Assembly (NCBI GenBank): GCA_041608535.1
Contig: JBFISM010000024.1
Coordinates: 1-33,580, forward strand
Reading direction: 5' to 3'
Length of the DNA stretch: 33,580 nt
DNA from: Acidimicrobiia bacterium
Lineage (GTDB): Bacteria > Actinomycetota > Acidimicrobiia > Spongiisociales > UBA5794
In this document: positions 18,028-26,887 of the stretch, in pieces
Layout of the letters: every line of letters begins with the position of its first letter
How positions within the stretch are numbered: the first letter of the stretch is position 1
Notes under the pieces: generated by a model
What the model saw: only the letters and a program-made list of their open reading frames with translations
The model's database searches: none
What the model was told of the DNA's origin: nothing
Made by a program: the position numbers and the translations under genes

Positions 18028-19232
18028 CCCAGCTCGACGAGGCCAGGATCGACCCGCGAACGGCGATGCATCTGTCCGAGGCAGCTGTCTCTGTCGAGCT
18101 GGAGACACCCGACATGACCCTCAACATCGGGCCACAGCACCCGTCGACCCACGGGGTGCTCCGGCTCGTCGCCAGAGTCGATGGCGAGCGGGTGGAGGAG
18201 GTCGAGCCGGTCATCGGCTACATGCACCGTGGCTACGAGAAGCTGGCAGAGGTGCGCACCTACGCCCAGACGATCGCACTGGTCAACCGAATCGACTGGG
18301 TCTCCGGCTTTGCCAACGAGATTCCCTTCGTGGTTGCCGTGGAACGGCTCACGGGTATCGAGCCCCCGGACCGGGCGCAGTACATCCGTCTCATTCTCAC
18401 CGAGATGGCCAGGATCGCGTCGCATCTCGTCTTCATGTCGTCGTACCCGCTCGAGCTGGGCGCCGCCACACCCCTCATGCATGCGCTGCGCGAGCGGGAA
18501 CGGGTGCTCGAGCTCATCGAGAGCGTCACCGGGGGCCGCTTCCATCCCAATTTCAACCGGGTGGGCGGGGTCAAGCCTGTATACGGTGGCGGATCGAGCA
18601 CGAAGAAGCAGAGTCAGGATCTCCCGGCAGGTTTTCTCCAGGGCACCCGTGATGCCATGGAGAAGATCATGGCGATCACAGACGATCTCGACCAGCTCGT
18701 GACCGGGAACGAGTTGATCCAGGCCCGCACGGTCGGAGTCGGTGTCATCCCGGCCGACAGAGCGCTCGAGTACGGCCTGTCGGGACCGAACCTGCGCGCC
18801 TCCGGGGTCAATTTCGACCTCCGCAAACACGAGCACATCCTCCCGTACGCCAACTTCGACTTCGAAATCCCGCTTGGCTCCAACGGCGACTGCTACGACC
18901 GCTATGTGGTTCGTAACGAGGAGATCCGCCAGAGCGCCCGGATCATCCAGCAGGCCGTCGATGGCATTCCCGCGGGCCCGCTCCAGGCGAAGGTTCCTCG
19001 CATCCTCAAGGTTCCCGTCGGTGAGACCTACGTTCGCGCCGAGAACCCGAAAGGCGAGATGGGCTATCACGTCATCTCGCAGGGAGGACGCATCCCGTAC
19101 CGGGTGAAGATCCGCTCGGCCTCGTTCTCCAATCTCTCGATCCTGCCGTGGATCCTGGAGGGACAGCTCATCCCCGATCTCGTCGCAATCATGGGCAGCC
19201 TCGATTTCGTCCTGGGCGACGTGGACAGGTAG
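18024..19232 (+). CDS. nuoD: Complex I-like subunit D (49 kDa, second operon)
   Basis: ATG in an ATGA overlap with the nuoC2 stop. The 402-aa protein has NIGPQHPSTHGVLRLV and the conserved quinone/N2-proximal IGYMHRGYEKL (Arg codon at 18228-30). Confidence 0.9.
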   Translation: MTQLDEARIDPRTAMHLSEAAVSVELETPDMTLNIGPQHPSTHGVLRLVARVDGERVEEVEPVIGYMHRGYEKLAEVRTYAQTIALVNRIDWVSGFANEIPFVVAVERLTGIEPPDRAQYIRLILTEMARIASHLVFMSSYPLELGAATPLMHALRERERVLELIESVTGGRFHPNFNRVGGVKPVYGGGSSTKKQSQDLPAGFLQGTRDAMEKIMAITDDLDQLVTGNELIQARTVGVGVIPADRALEYGLSGPNLRASGVNFDLRKHEHILPYANFDFEIPLGSNGDCYDRYVVRNEEIRQSARIIQQAVDGIPAGPLQAKVPRILKVPVGETYVRAENPKGEMGYHVISQGGRIPYRVKIRSASFSNLSILPWILEGQLIPDLVAIMGSLDFVLGDVDR

Positions 19233-19246
19233 GGGGCGGGTACATC

Positions 19247-20269
19247 GTGGAACTCAACTTCTGGCTGGCGCTGCTGCTCAAGGTTGCACTCATTCTGGGC
19301 GTGATGCTGCCGGGTGCTCTCGTGATCATCTTCGGCGAGCTGAAGATCTCGGCTCACATGCAGAGCCGCATCGGTCCGTACTTCGCCGGGGGCCGTTTTG
19401 GCTGGGCGCAGCCGCTCGCCGACGGGCTCAAGTTCATGCAGAAAGAGGATCTCGTACCGGCGCAGGCCGACGCCACGGTCTACAAGCTGGCGCCGTATGT
19501 GGTCATGATGGGGACGCTGGCCACCTTCGTCATCATCCCGTTCGGGCCCGATCTCGTGGCGGAGAACCTCGATCTCGGTGTGTTCTACCTGCTCGCGGTG
19601 TCGTCGCTGTCGACACTCGGGGTGCTCATGGCCGGCTGGTCCTCGGGCAACAAGTACTCGCTCATCGGAGGCCTGCGCGCCGCGGCACAGCTCATTGCCT
19701 ACGAGCTGCCGCTGGTGCTCGCCGTCGTGGGGGTCGCCATCATGGCCGGGACCCTTTCGCTCAATGGCATAGTCGAGGCGCAAGCGGAGTGGCGCTGGTT
19801 CGACGTCGCCCCCGAGTGGATCAACATCATCCCGCCGTACCTGATCCTGCAAGGTGCCGGGTTTGCGATCTTCGTCACCGCCAGCCTCGCCGAGCTGAGC
19901 CGGATCCCTTTTGACATGCCCATTGCGGAATCGGAGCTGACGATGGGCTACCTCACCGAGTACTCGGGTCTCCGGTTCACCATGTTCTTTCTCGGCGAGT
20001 ATGCCGGGATGGTCGCGATGTCGGCGGTCGCGGCCACCCTGTTCCTCGGTGGCTACTGGCTTCCGTTCGTCTCCGAAGACGCCCTCAACTTCCTCGGCCC
20101 GGTCGTGCTGCTCACGAAGGTGGGGCTGCTCGCCTTTGTGTTCATCTGGTTCCGGTGGACCTTCCCCCGGCTGCGCGAGGACCAGCTGCAGAGCCTCGCC
20201 TGGAAGTGGCTCATCCCGGCTGCCCTGGTCAACATCGTCGTGACCGCAACCGTGAAAGTGTTGGTGTGA
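19247..20269 (+). CDS. nuoH: Complex I-like subunit H (second operon)
   Basis: GTG at 19247 lies 7-9 nt after the GGGGGCGGG RBS. The N-terminus [21 protein letters not shown] matches NuoH. It has the NuoH motifs [11 protein letters not shown] and [27 protein letters not shown]. The upstream in-frame extension (19148-19246) overlaps nuoD2 and is Arg/Gly junk. Confidence 0.88.
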   Translation: MELNFWLALLLKVALILGVMLPGALVIIFGELKISAHMQSRIGPYFAGGRFGWAQPLADGLKFMQKEDLVPAQADATVYKLAPYVVMMGTLATFVIIPFGPDLVAENLDLGVFYLLAVSSLSTLGVLMAGWSSGNKYSLIGGLRAAAQLIAYELPLVLAVVGVAIMAGTLSLNGIVEAQAEWRWFDVAPEWINIIPPYLILQGAGFAIFVTASLAELSRIPFDMPIAESELTMGYLTEYSGLRFTMFFLGEYAGMVAMSAVAATLFLGGYWLPFVSEDALNFLGPVVLLTKVGLLAFVFIWFRWTFPRLREDQLQSLAWKWLIPAALVNIVVTATVKVLV

Positions 20270-20273
20270 AGCG

Positions 20274-20759
20274 ATGACGATGACGAACCGCCGACCCAAC
20301 ATCTCCATACCCGTCAAAGGCTTGATGCGGGGGTTGGCCCTCACCCTGAAGACACTCTTCACCAAGCCGGTCACGGTCAACTACCCCCTGGTCAAGGAGG
20401 TTCCGGTCCCTCGCGCCAGGGGCGTGATCGCACTCGATCCCGAAGCGTGCACCGTGTGCATGCTGTGCGCCCGGGAATGTCCGGACTGGTGCATCTACAT
20501 CGAGGGACACAAGGAGGAGGTTCCCCCCGCCAAGGAGGGGGGCCGGGTGCGCACGCGGGCCACACTCGATCGGTTCGACATCGACTATGCGCTGTGCATG
20601 TACTGCGGGATCTGCGTGGAGGTGTGCCCGTTCGATGCGCTCTTCTGGAGCCCCGACTACGAGTACTCCGAGTACGACATCAGCGAGATGCTGCACGACC
20701 AGAACCGGCTCACCGACTGGCTGAAGACGGTCCCCGAGCCGCCCCCGCTGGAGACGTAG
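20274..20759 (+). CDS. nuoI: Complex I-like subunit I (2x[4Fe-4S], second operon)
   Basis: 161 aa. The cluster motifs are [12 protein letters not shown] and [12 protein letters not shown]. It has no C-terminal extension, unlike first-operon NuoI. Confidence 0.9.
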   Translation: MTMTNRRPNISIPVKGLMRGLALTLKTLFTKPVTVNYPLVKEVPVPRARGVIALDPEACTVCMLCARECPDWCIYIEGHKEEVPPAKEGGRVRTRATLDRFDIDYALCMYCGICVEVCPFDALFWSPDYEYSEYDISEMLHDQNRLTDWLKTVPEPPPLET

Positions 20760-21314
20760 ATGACGGTCGGCGACTTCTTCACCACGACCGAGAACTGGGT
20801 GTTCCTGCTCATCGCACTCCCGATGCTCTTCGCCGGATACAAGGTGGTGACTACGAACAACGTGGTCCACGCCGTCCTGGCTCTCGTGGGTGCGCTCGCC
20901 GGTTCGGCAGCGCTGTTCGTGCTGCTCGGGGCGGAGTTCGTGGCGTGGACTGTCGTGCTCATCTCGATCGGCGCCGTCATCGTTCTGTTTCTCTTCGGAA
21001 TCATGATCACCAGGGCGCCGATCGGGCTCGAGGTCGATCTCAGCCATCCCCGGAGCGCGAGGATCTCGGCGGCGGTGGCATCGGGCGGTCTCTTCGTCTT
21101 GCTCGGCTCGGCCATGCTCGCTGAGTTCGGTGACGAGGTGATTCCAGAAGCGGCCGATGCCACCCGTACGGATGCGCTGGGGCTGCTGCTCTTCCAACGC
21201 TATGTGGTTCCTTTCGAAGTGGTCTCGGTCGTGCTGCTGGCGGCTCTGATCGGAGGCATCGTCATCGCACGGCGTGATCCCAGTCCGGACGAACCGGCAG
21301 GGACCAGGCTCTGA
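20760..21314 (+). CDS. nuoJ: Complex I-like subunit J (second operon)
   Basis: ATG immediately after the nuoI2 TAG (TAGATG). The 184-aa protein is hydrophobic and NuoJ-like. Confidence 0.85.
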   Translation: MTVGDFFTTTENWVFLLIALPMLFAGYKVVTTNNVVHAVLALVGALAGSAALFVLLGAEFVAWTVVLISIGAVIVLFLFGIMITRAPIGLEVDLSHPRSARISAAVASGGLFVLLGSAMLAEFGDEVIPEAADATRTDALGLLLFQRYVVPFEVVSVVLLAALIGGIVIARRDPSPDEPAGTRL

Positions 21315-21619
21315 TGCTTATCAACGGCTTCCTCCTGCTCGGCGCCGCCCTCTTCTCGCTGGGTGTCTACGGCCTCCTCGTGCGCCGTAACGCAGTGCTC
21401 ATCCTGCTGTCGGTTGAGCTGATGGTGGCCGCCGTGAACATCAACTTCGTCGCGTTGGACCGGTTCCTCGGTGACGACCTCGCCGGTGGCCAGGTCTTCG
21501 CCCTCTTCAGCATCGCCGTGGCGGCAGCCGAGGTCGGGATCGGTCTGGCGATCATCCTGCTCGTGTTTCGCAACCGCCAGTCCGCCAACGTCGATGAGCT
21601 GGATCTGATGCGGCTATGA
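21314..21619 (+). CDS. nuoK: Complex I-like subunit K (second operon)
   Basis: ATG overlaps the nuoJ2 TGA (cTGATG). The 101-aa protein has LVRRNAVLILLSVELMVAAVNINFVAL...AAAEVGIGLAIILLVF. Confidence 0.88.
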   Translation: MLINGFLLLGAALFSLGVYGLLVRRNAVLILLSVELMVAAVNINFVALDRFLGDDLAGGQVFALFSIAVAAAEVGIGLAIILLVFRNRQSANVDELDLMRL

Positions 21620-23718
21620 GCCTGCTTGCCGCACTGTCGACGGAAGTGCCCCTGCTGCTGGCCGCGGCAACGGAGGAAGGCGGGCATGCCGAGCTCGGCG
21701 ACGGTGGTGGGCTCGCTGCGGCCGCGTGGCTCATCCCGCTCGTCCCGATGGTGGCCGCTTTCGTCATCGCATTGTTCGGCAAGCACTTCCCGTACAGAGG
21801 GTGGGACATCGCCACGGCGGTGATGGGCTTCGAAGCGGTGTACGGCACCTTCCTGCTCATCGCCCACCTCGCCCGCCCGATCGCCTACGAAGGTGCGATC
21901 GAAATCGCGCGAATCGGGAGCTTCCCCATCGAGTGGGGCTGGGTGGTCGACGGGCTCAGCATCATGATGTACTTCGTCGTCGGTGTCGTCGGCTTCTTCG
22001 TCTTCCTCTACGCCAAGGGCTATATGGAAGGCGACATTCGCTACACGTGGTTCTTCGCCTCGTTCACGCTGTTCGCCGGTGGCATGCTGGTCCTGGTCTC
22101 CGCACCCAACCTCATCCAGCTCATCGTGGGTTGGGAGCTGGTCGGCGTGGCGTCATGGTTGCTCATCGGTCACTACTGGGAGGATCACGCCAACAGCTCT
22201 GCGGCGATCAAGGCGTTCCTCACGAACAAAGTGGCCGACGTGGGTCTCTTCATCGGCGCCATCATCCTGGCCCTGTCCGTCGGGTCGTTCCGTTTCTCGG
22301 ACATCCTCCACGCCGTCGAGGAGGGAGTGCCCGCGCTGGCTCAGTTCGCCTTCTGGGCCGGGCTCGCCGTGTTCATCGGGGCGATGGGCAAGAGCGGGCA
22401 GTTCCCCCTTCATGTGTGGCTCCCCGACGCCATGGCCGGTCCCACTCCCGTGTCGGCCCTCATGCACGCCGCCACCATGGTCACGGCAGGGATCTATCTG
22501 GTGGCCCGTCTCTTCCCGCTGTACCTCACCGAAGGGTTCGCCGATGAAGTGCGCTCGGTGATCATCATCATCGGGGCGCTCACGCTGTTCCTCACCGGGC
22601 TCATCGCACTGGTCCAGGACGACATCAAGAGGGTGCTGGCATACTCGACGCTGTCCCAGCTCGGCTACATGATGGCGGCGCTCGGGGCGGGGGCGTACAC
22701 GGCCGCTCTGTTCCACCTCTTCACCCACGCCTTCTTCAAGGCGCTGCTCTTCCTCGGCGCCGGCTCGGTGATCCATGCGGTGCACTCGAACAACATGTCC
22801 GACATGGGTGGGTTGCGGAAGTACATGCCCTGGACGTTCCGCACGTTCGTCATCGGTGCGCTGGCGCTCGCCGGGATCGCTCCTCTGGCCGGCTTCTTCT
22901 CCAAAGACGAGATCCTCGCTTCGTTCCGCTACGCCGGGAGCGCCGAATCCGGATTCAGTGCGGCGCAGGGTGGCGCCGGGCTCGCCAACATCGTCCTGGT
23001 GCTGGGCATTGCCGCAGCATTCGTGACCGCCTTCTACATGGCGCGGGCGGTGTTCCTCACGTTCTTCGGCGAGTACAAGGGGCACGGCCATCCTCACGAG
23101 TCGCCCGCCGTCATGTGGATTCCGCTGGTGGGGCTCGCCGTCGGCTCAGCGTTCGCCGGCTTCCTCAACGTCCCAGGTGTCACCGAGTTCTTCACCGAGC
23201 TGGTTGGCGGCCGGGCAGTGCCGGTTCTCGATCACCACGCCGAGAGCTTCGATGTCGTCGTGGTGGTGCTGGGTCTCGCCGCCGCGCTGCTCGGCATCTT
23301 CTTCGGCTACCGCATCTGGTATCCCGACAAAGCAACCCAAGCGGAGCGAGACCGGTTCCACGTTCGTGGTCTCTACCCGTTGCTGGAGAACAAGTATTAC
23401 ATCGACGATCTGTACTTCGACGGCATCATCCGTCCGATCCGGGGCCCGGTGGCGGCCGGAGTCAACTGGTTCAACGGCCACGTGATCGATTTCGTCGTCA
23501 ACGGCGCCGGATTCCTCGCCCGTGGGCTCGGCAAGCTCGTCTATGCCTTCGACCAGAACGCCGTCGACGGCGCCATCAACGCCTCGGGCGCCTTCACCGG
23601 TGGGTGGGGGGAGCTGCTGCGCAAGGTACAAACCGGTCGAGTGCAGCAATACGCAACGATGATCGTGGCGGGAACGGTGCTTCTCGTCGCCGGGATCGTC
23701 ATCGCAGGCATCATCTGA
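21616..23718 (+). CDS. nuoL: Complex I-like subunit L (antiporter-like, second operon)
   Basis: ATGA overlap with the nuoK2 stop. The 700-aa protein has VGWELVGVASWLLIGHYW and LHVWLPDAMAGPTPVSALMHAATMVTAGIY, plus a long C-terminal helix region. Confidence 0.9.
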   Translation: MSLLAALSTEVPLLLAAATEEGGHAELGDGGGLAAAAWLIPLVPMVAAFVIALFGKHFPYRGWDIATAVMGFEAVYGTFLLIAHLARPIAYEGAIEIARIGSFPIEWGWVVDGLSIMMYFVVGVVGFFVFLYAKGYMEGDIRYTWFFASFTLFAGGMLVLVSAPNLIQLIVGWELVGVASWLLIGHYWEDHANSSAAIKAFLTNKVADVGLFIGAIILALSVGSFRFSDILHAVEEGVPALAQFAFWAGLAVFIGAMGKSGQFPLHVWLPDAMAGPTPVSALMHAATMVTAGIYLVARLFPLYLTEGFADEVRSVIIIIGALTLFLTGLIALVQDDIKRVLAYSTLSQLGYMMAALGAGAYTAALFHLFTHAFFKALLFLGAGSVIHAVHSNNMSDMGGLRKYMPWTFRTFVIGALALAGIAPLAGFFSKDEILASFRYAGSAESGFSAAQGGAGLANIVLVLGIAAAFVTAFYMARAVFLTFFGEYKGHGHPHESPAVMWIPLVGLAVGSAFAGFLNVPGVTEFFTELVGGRAVPVLDHHAESFDVVVVVLGLAAALLGIFFGYRIWYPDKATQAERDRFHVRGLYPLLENKYYIDDLYFDGIIRPIRGPVAAGVNWFNGHVIDFVVNGAGFLARGLGKLVYAFDQNAVDGAINASGAFTGGWGELLRKVQTGRVQQYATMIVAGTVLLVAGIVIAGII

Positions 23719-23734
23719 CAGGAGGAACCGAGAC

Positions 23735-25312
23735 ATGTTCGACAATGGGCTGGCATTGAGCCTCGTCGTGATCCTCCCGCTCATCGGGGCGGGAGTGGTC
23801 ATGGCCGTGCCCAAGGCAAACGAGTCGGCCCAGAAGATGACGGCGCTCGTGTTCACCGCGGCAGCCTTCGTGCTCTCCGTCGTCCTGGCGATCCAGTTCG
23901 ATTACGGGGACGCGAGCGCGTTCCAGTTCGGCACCGACCTCGATTGGATCGGCGCCATCAACTCCCGGTACCACATCGGGCTCGACGGCATCAGCCTGCC
24001 ACTGCTCGTGCTGTCGACGTTTGTGACGCTGCTGTCAGTGATCTACTCGTGGGAGCACTGGCCCGAGCCGCACAATCCCAAGGCCTTCATCATCCTCATG
24101 TTGGTGCTTGCGACCGGGATGAACGGCACGTTCGTCGCCCTGGACCTGATCTTGTTCTTCGTCTTCTTCGAGGTCGTGCTGCTCCCGATGTACTTCATGA
24201 TCGGGATCTGGGGTGATCGGGCCGAGACCGAGATTCCGGTGTTCAAACGGGTCACGGAGATGCGGCTCTATGCGGCGATCAAGTTCTTCCTGTTCACCCT
24301 GTTCGGCTCGGCGTTCATGTTGCTCGGTTTCCTCGGGCTCTACTTCCGTTCGGGTGACGCCGGCGGGATTCGCACGTTCGACATGCTGGCGCTCAGCGAG
24401 CTGGGTCGGGCCGGGGTGTTCGCCGGGTCTTTCGGGATGTGGGTGTTTGCCGCGCTCTTCCTCGGCTTTGCCGTGAAAGTGCCGATGTTCCCGTTCCACA
24501 CCTGGCTCCCCGACGCCCACACCGCGGCGCCGACCGTCGGCTCTGTGCTGCTGGCGGCGATCCTGCTGAAGCTGGGCACCTACGCCTTCGTACGGATCTC
24601 CCTCCCCATCCTCCCGGAGGCGGCGCAGCGCTGGGCGCCGACGATCGGCATCCTCGCCGTCATCGGGATCATCTATGCCTCGCTGGCGTGTCTCGCCCAG
24701 ACGGACATGAAACGGCTCATCGCCTTCTCCTCTGTCGGCCACATGGGATTCGTCATGCTGGGCATCGCCACGCTCACCGACATCGGGATCAACGCCGCCA
24801 TCATCGGGATGGTGGCGCACGGAGTGATCACCGGGCTGCTGTTCTTCCTCGCCGGGTCGATGTCGCACCGCTACCACACGAGGGAGATGGCTCGGTTGGG
24901 CGGCAACCAGCAGCTCATGCCGATCATGGGGGCCATCCTCGGCTTCACCGCCATGGCTTCGCTCGGATTGCCCGGTCTCGCCGGGTTCTGGGGTGAGTTC
25001 ATGGCGCTGCTCGCATCGTTCAACCCGCTCGAAGGTCTGAGCACCGGGCTGTTCCGCACGCTGATGGTGCTCGGTGCGGTGGGGACGGTGCTTGCCGCCG
25101 GCTACCTGCTGTGGATGCTGCAACGGGTCAACTTCGGCGAGCCCAAGGCCGAGTGGGAGGGCCATCACTTCCACGACGTCGACGGGTACGAGATGGCGGC
25201 GTGGGCACCCATGATCCTCGCCATCATCGCCATCGGCGTGTTCCCGCGTCTCGTGTTCGGGTCCACCAACGACGCCGTCGTCGCTCTCGTCAACGCAGCA
25301 TTCGGGGGTTAG
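23735..25312 (+). CDS. nuoM: Complex I-like subunit M (antiporter-like, second operon)
   Basis: ATG lies 9 nt after the AGGAGG RBS (23720-25). The 525-aa protein has FPFHTWLPDAHTAAPTVGSVLLAAILLKLGTYAFVRIS. Confidence 0.9.
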   Translation: MFDNGLALSLVVILPLIGAGVVMAVPKANESAQKMTALVFTAAAFVLSVVLAIQFDYGDASAFQFGTDLDWIGAINSRYHIGLDGISLPLLVLSTFVTLLSVIYSWEHWPEPHNPKAFIILMLVLATGMNGTFVALDLILFFVFFEVVLLPMYFMIGIWGDRAETEIPVFKRVTEMRLYAAIKFFLFTLFGSAFMLLGFLGLYFRSGDAGGIRTFDMLALSELGRAGVFAGSFGMWVFAALFLGFAVKVPMFPFHTWLPDAHTAAPTVGSVLLAAILLKLGTYAFVRISLPILPEAAQRWAPTIGILAVIGIIYASLACLAQTDMKRLIAFSSVGHMGFVMLGIATLTDIGINAAIIGMVAHGVITGLLFFLAGSMSHRYHTREMARLGGNQQLMPIMGAILGFTAMASLGLPGLAGFWGEFMALLASFNPLEGLSTGLFRTLMVLGAVGTVLAAGYLLWMLQRVNFGEPKAEWEGHHFHDVDGYEMAAWAPMILAIIAIGVFPRLVFGSTNDAVVALVNAAFGG

Positions 25313-25318
25313 CCGGCG

Positions 25319-26836
25319 GTGATCGACTACCACGCCATCGCTCCCGAGATCATCCTCGGTCTCACGGTGCTCGCCGTGCTGATAGTCGATCTGCTGCCGG
25401 TGCCCAAGTACTTCACGGCAGTGGTGGGGCTGCTCGGCCTCGCGGCAACCGTGGTCCCGCTGCTCACACTCGGGTTGTGCGAATCCCTGGCGTTCTGCAC
25501 TGAGACCGGCGACCGCGTCATGTTGGGCAACAGCTACGTCATCGACGATTTCGCTCTCGTCCTCAAGGGACTGTTCTTGGCAGCCACATTCGTGGCCCTG
25601 TTGCTCTCGGTCGGCTACATCGAGGATGACCGTTACTGGCAGGGTGAGTTCTATTTCCTCATGCTCGCTTCGGCGTTCGGCGCCGTGGTGATGGCGTCGT
25701 CTCGCGACCTGTTGACGCTGTTCGTCGGGCTCGAGCTGGTGACCGGGCCGACCTTCCTGATGGCCGGCTGGCGCAAGGGCGATCCGAAGTCGAATGAAGC
25801 TGCGCTGAAGTACTTCGTCATCGGTGTGCTCTCGGCGGCCATCTTGTTGTTCGGGATGTCGCTCGTCTACGGGGTCACCGGTGATCTCACGTTCTCCGGG
25901 ATCCGGGCGGTCACCGCGGCGAGCACCGAGCCGGGCACGCTGTTGTCGATCGGGGTGATCCTCACGCTGCTCGGCTTCGCCTTCAAGGTGTCGGCGGTGC
26001 CGTTCCACTTCTGGACCCCGGACACGTATGAAGGGGCCCCGATCCCGGTGACCGCTTATCTGTCGGTCGTGTCGAAGACGGCCGGGTTCGTCGGGCTGTT
26101 GTCGCTGTGCTATCTCGCCTTCGCCGAGCTGCGAGACCTGTGGGGCCCGATGCTGTGGATCCTGGCAGCCCTGTCGATGACAGTGGGCAACCTCATCGCG
26201 GTCCGTCAGGACGACATCGTCCGGCTCCTCGGGTACTCCTCGATCGCCCAGGGCGGCTTCATCCTGGTGCCCTTTGGGGCGGCGGTGGCTGCCGATCTCA
26301 CCGGCGCGGATCTGGAGCAGATGTTCTTCGCCACGGTGGCCTATCTGGTCATCTATGCGGTGATGAACTTGGGGGCGTTCGCCGTGGTGATCGCCGGCGC
26401 CAACCGCATCAAGAGCACCGCCATCGCCGACTGGGCCGGAACGAGCACCTATGCCCCGGTCCTGGCCGGGTTGCTTGCCCTGTTCTTCGCTTCGCTTGCC
26501 GGCATCCCTCCGATTGCCGGTTGGTTCGCCAAGCTGGCCATGTTCGCGTCGGTGCTGGGTGTCGACAGCGGCTGGGCGACGGTGCTCGCCGTGATCGCTG
26601 TGATCAATTCGGTGGTGGCGTTCTATTACTACGCCAAGGTCATCAAATCGGCGTGGTTCGATCCGGTTCCCGCCGCCATCCCCGCAGCGGAGCTCCGCGA
26701 CACCGATCGCCGAATCGCCCCCTCGCTCAAGCTCGCTCTGGCCCTCACCGCGGTCCTGGTGCTGGTGCTCGGTTTCTACCCTGAACCCGTCGGCCTCCTC
26801 AGCGAAGTCTCCAGTACGTTTGCCAGCGGCTTCTGA
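25319..26836 (+). CDS. nuoN: Complex I-like subunit N (antiporter-like, second operon)
   Basis: GTG at 25319 is 7 nt after the nuoM2 TAG. The 505-aa protein has FHFWTPDTYEGAPIPVTAYLSVVSKTAGF. Stop TGA at 26834-36. Confidence 0.88.
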   Translation: MIDYHAIAPEIILGLTVLAVLIVDLLPVPKYFTAVVGLLGLAATVVPLLTLGLCESLAFCTETGDRVMLGNSYVIDDFALVLKGLFLAATFVALLLSVGYIEDDRYWQGEFYFLMLASAFGAVVMASSRDLLTLFVGLELVTGPTFLMAGWRKGDPKSNEAALKYFVIGVLSAAILLFGMSLVYGVTGDLTFSGIRAVTAASTEPGTLLSIGVILTLLGFAFKVSAVPFHFWTPDTYEGAPIPVTAYLSVVSKTAGFVGLLSLCYLAFAELRDLWGPMLWILAALSMTVGNLIAVRQDDIVRLLGYSSIAQGGFILVPFGAAVAADLTGADLEQMFFATVAYLVIYAVMNLGAFAVVIAGANRIKSTAIADWAGTSTYAPVLAGLLALFFASLAGIPPIAGWFAKLAMFASVLGVDSGWATVLAVIAVINSVVAFYYYAKVIKSAWFDPVPAAIPAAELRDTDRRIAPSLKLALALTAVLVLVLGFYPEPVGLLSEVSSTFASGF

Positions 26837-26841
26837 TGGCT

Positions 26842-26865
26842 TCGAGCCAAGCAGGCTTGGCTCGA
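26842..26865 (+). terminator. GC-rich hairpin (11-bp inverted repeat TCGAGCCAAGC-ag-GCTTGGCTCGA) between nuoN2 and the methyltransferase gene; no U-tract
   Basis: A perfect inverted repeat starts 6 nt after the nuoN2 stop. It is followed by CTTGACGG rather than a T-run. It could act as a partial (factor-dependent or I-shaped) terminator, or as an RNA-stability or processing element. Confidence 0.35.
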
Positions 26866-26887
26866 GCTTGACGGACCCTGGAGTCGC

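Noticed and set aside
17667-23097. Minus-strand ORFs antisense to nuoD2/H2/I2/L2 (17667..19070, 19067..20380, 20229..21197, 22153..23097)
   Set aside because: GC-frame artefacts overlapping strongly conserved plus-strand genes. They show no motifs.
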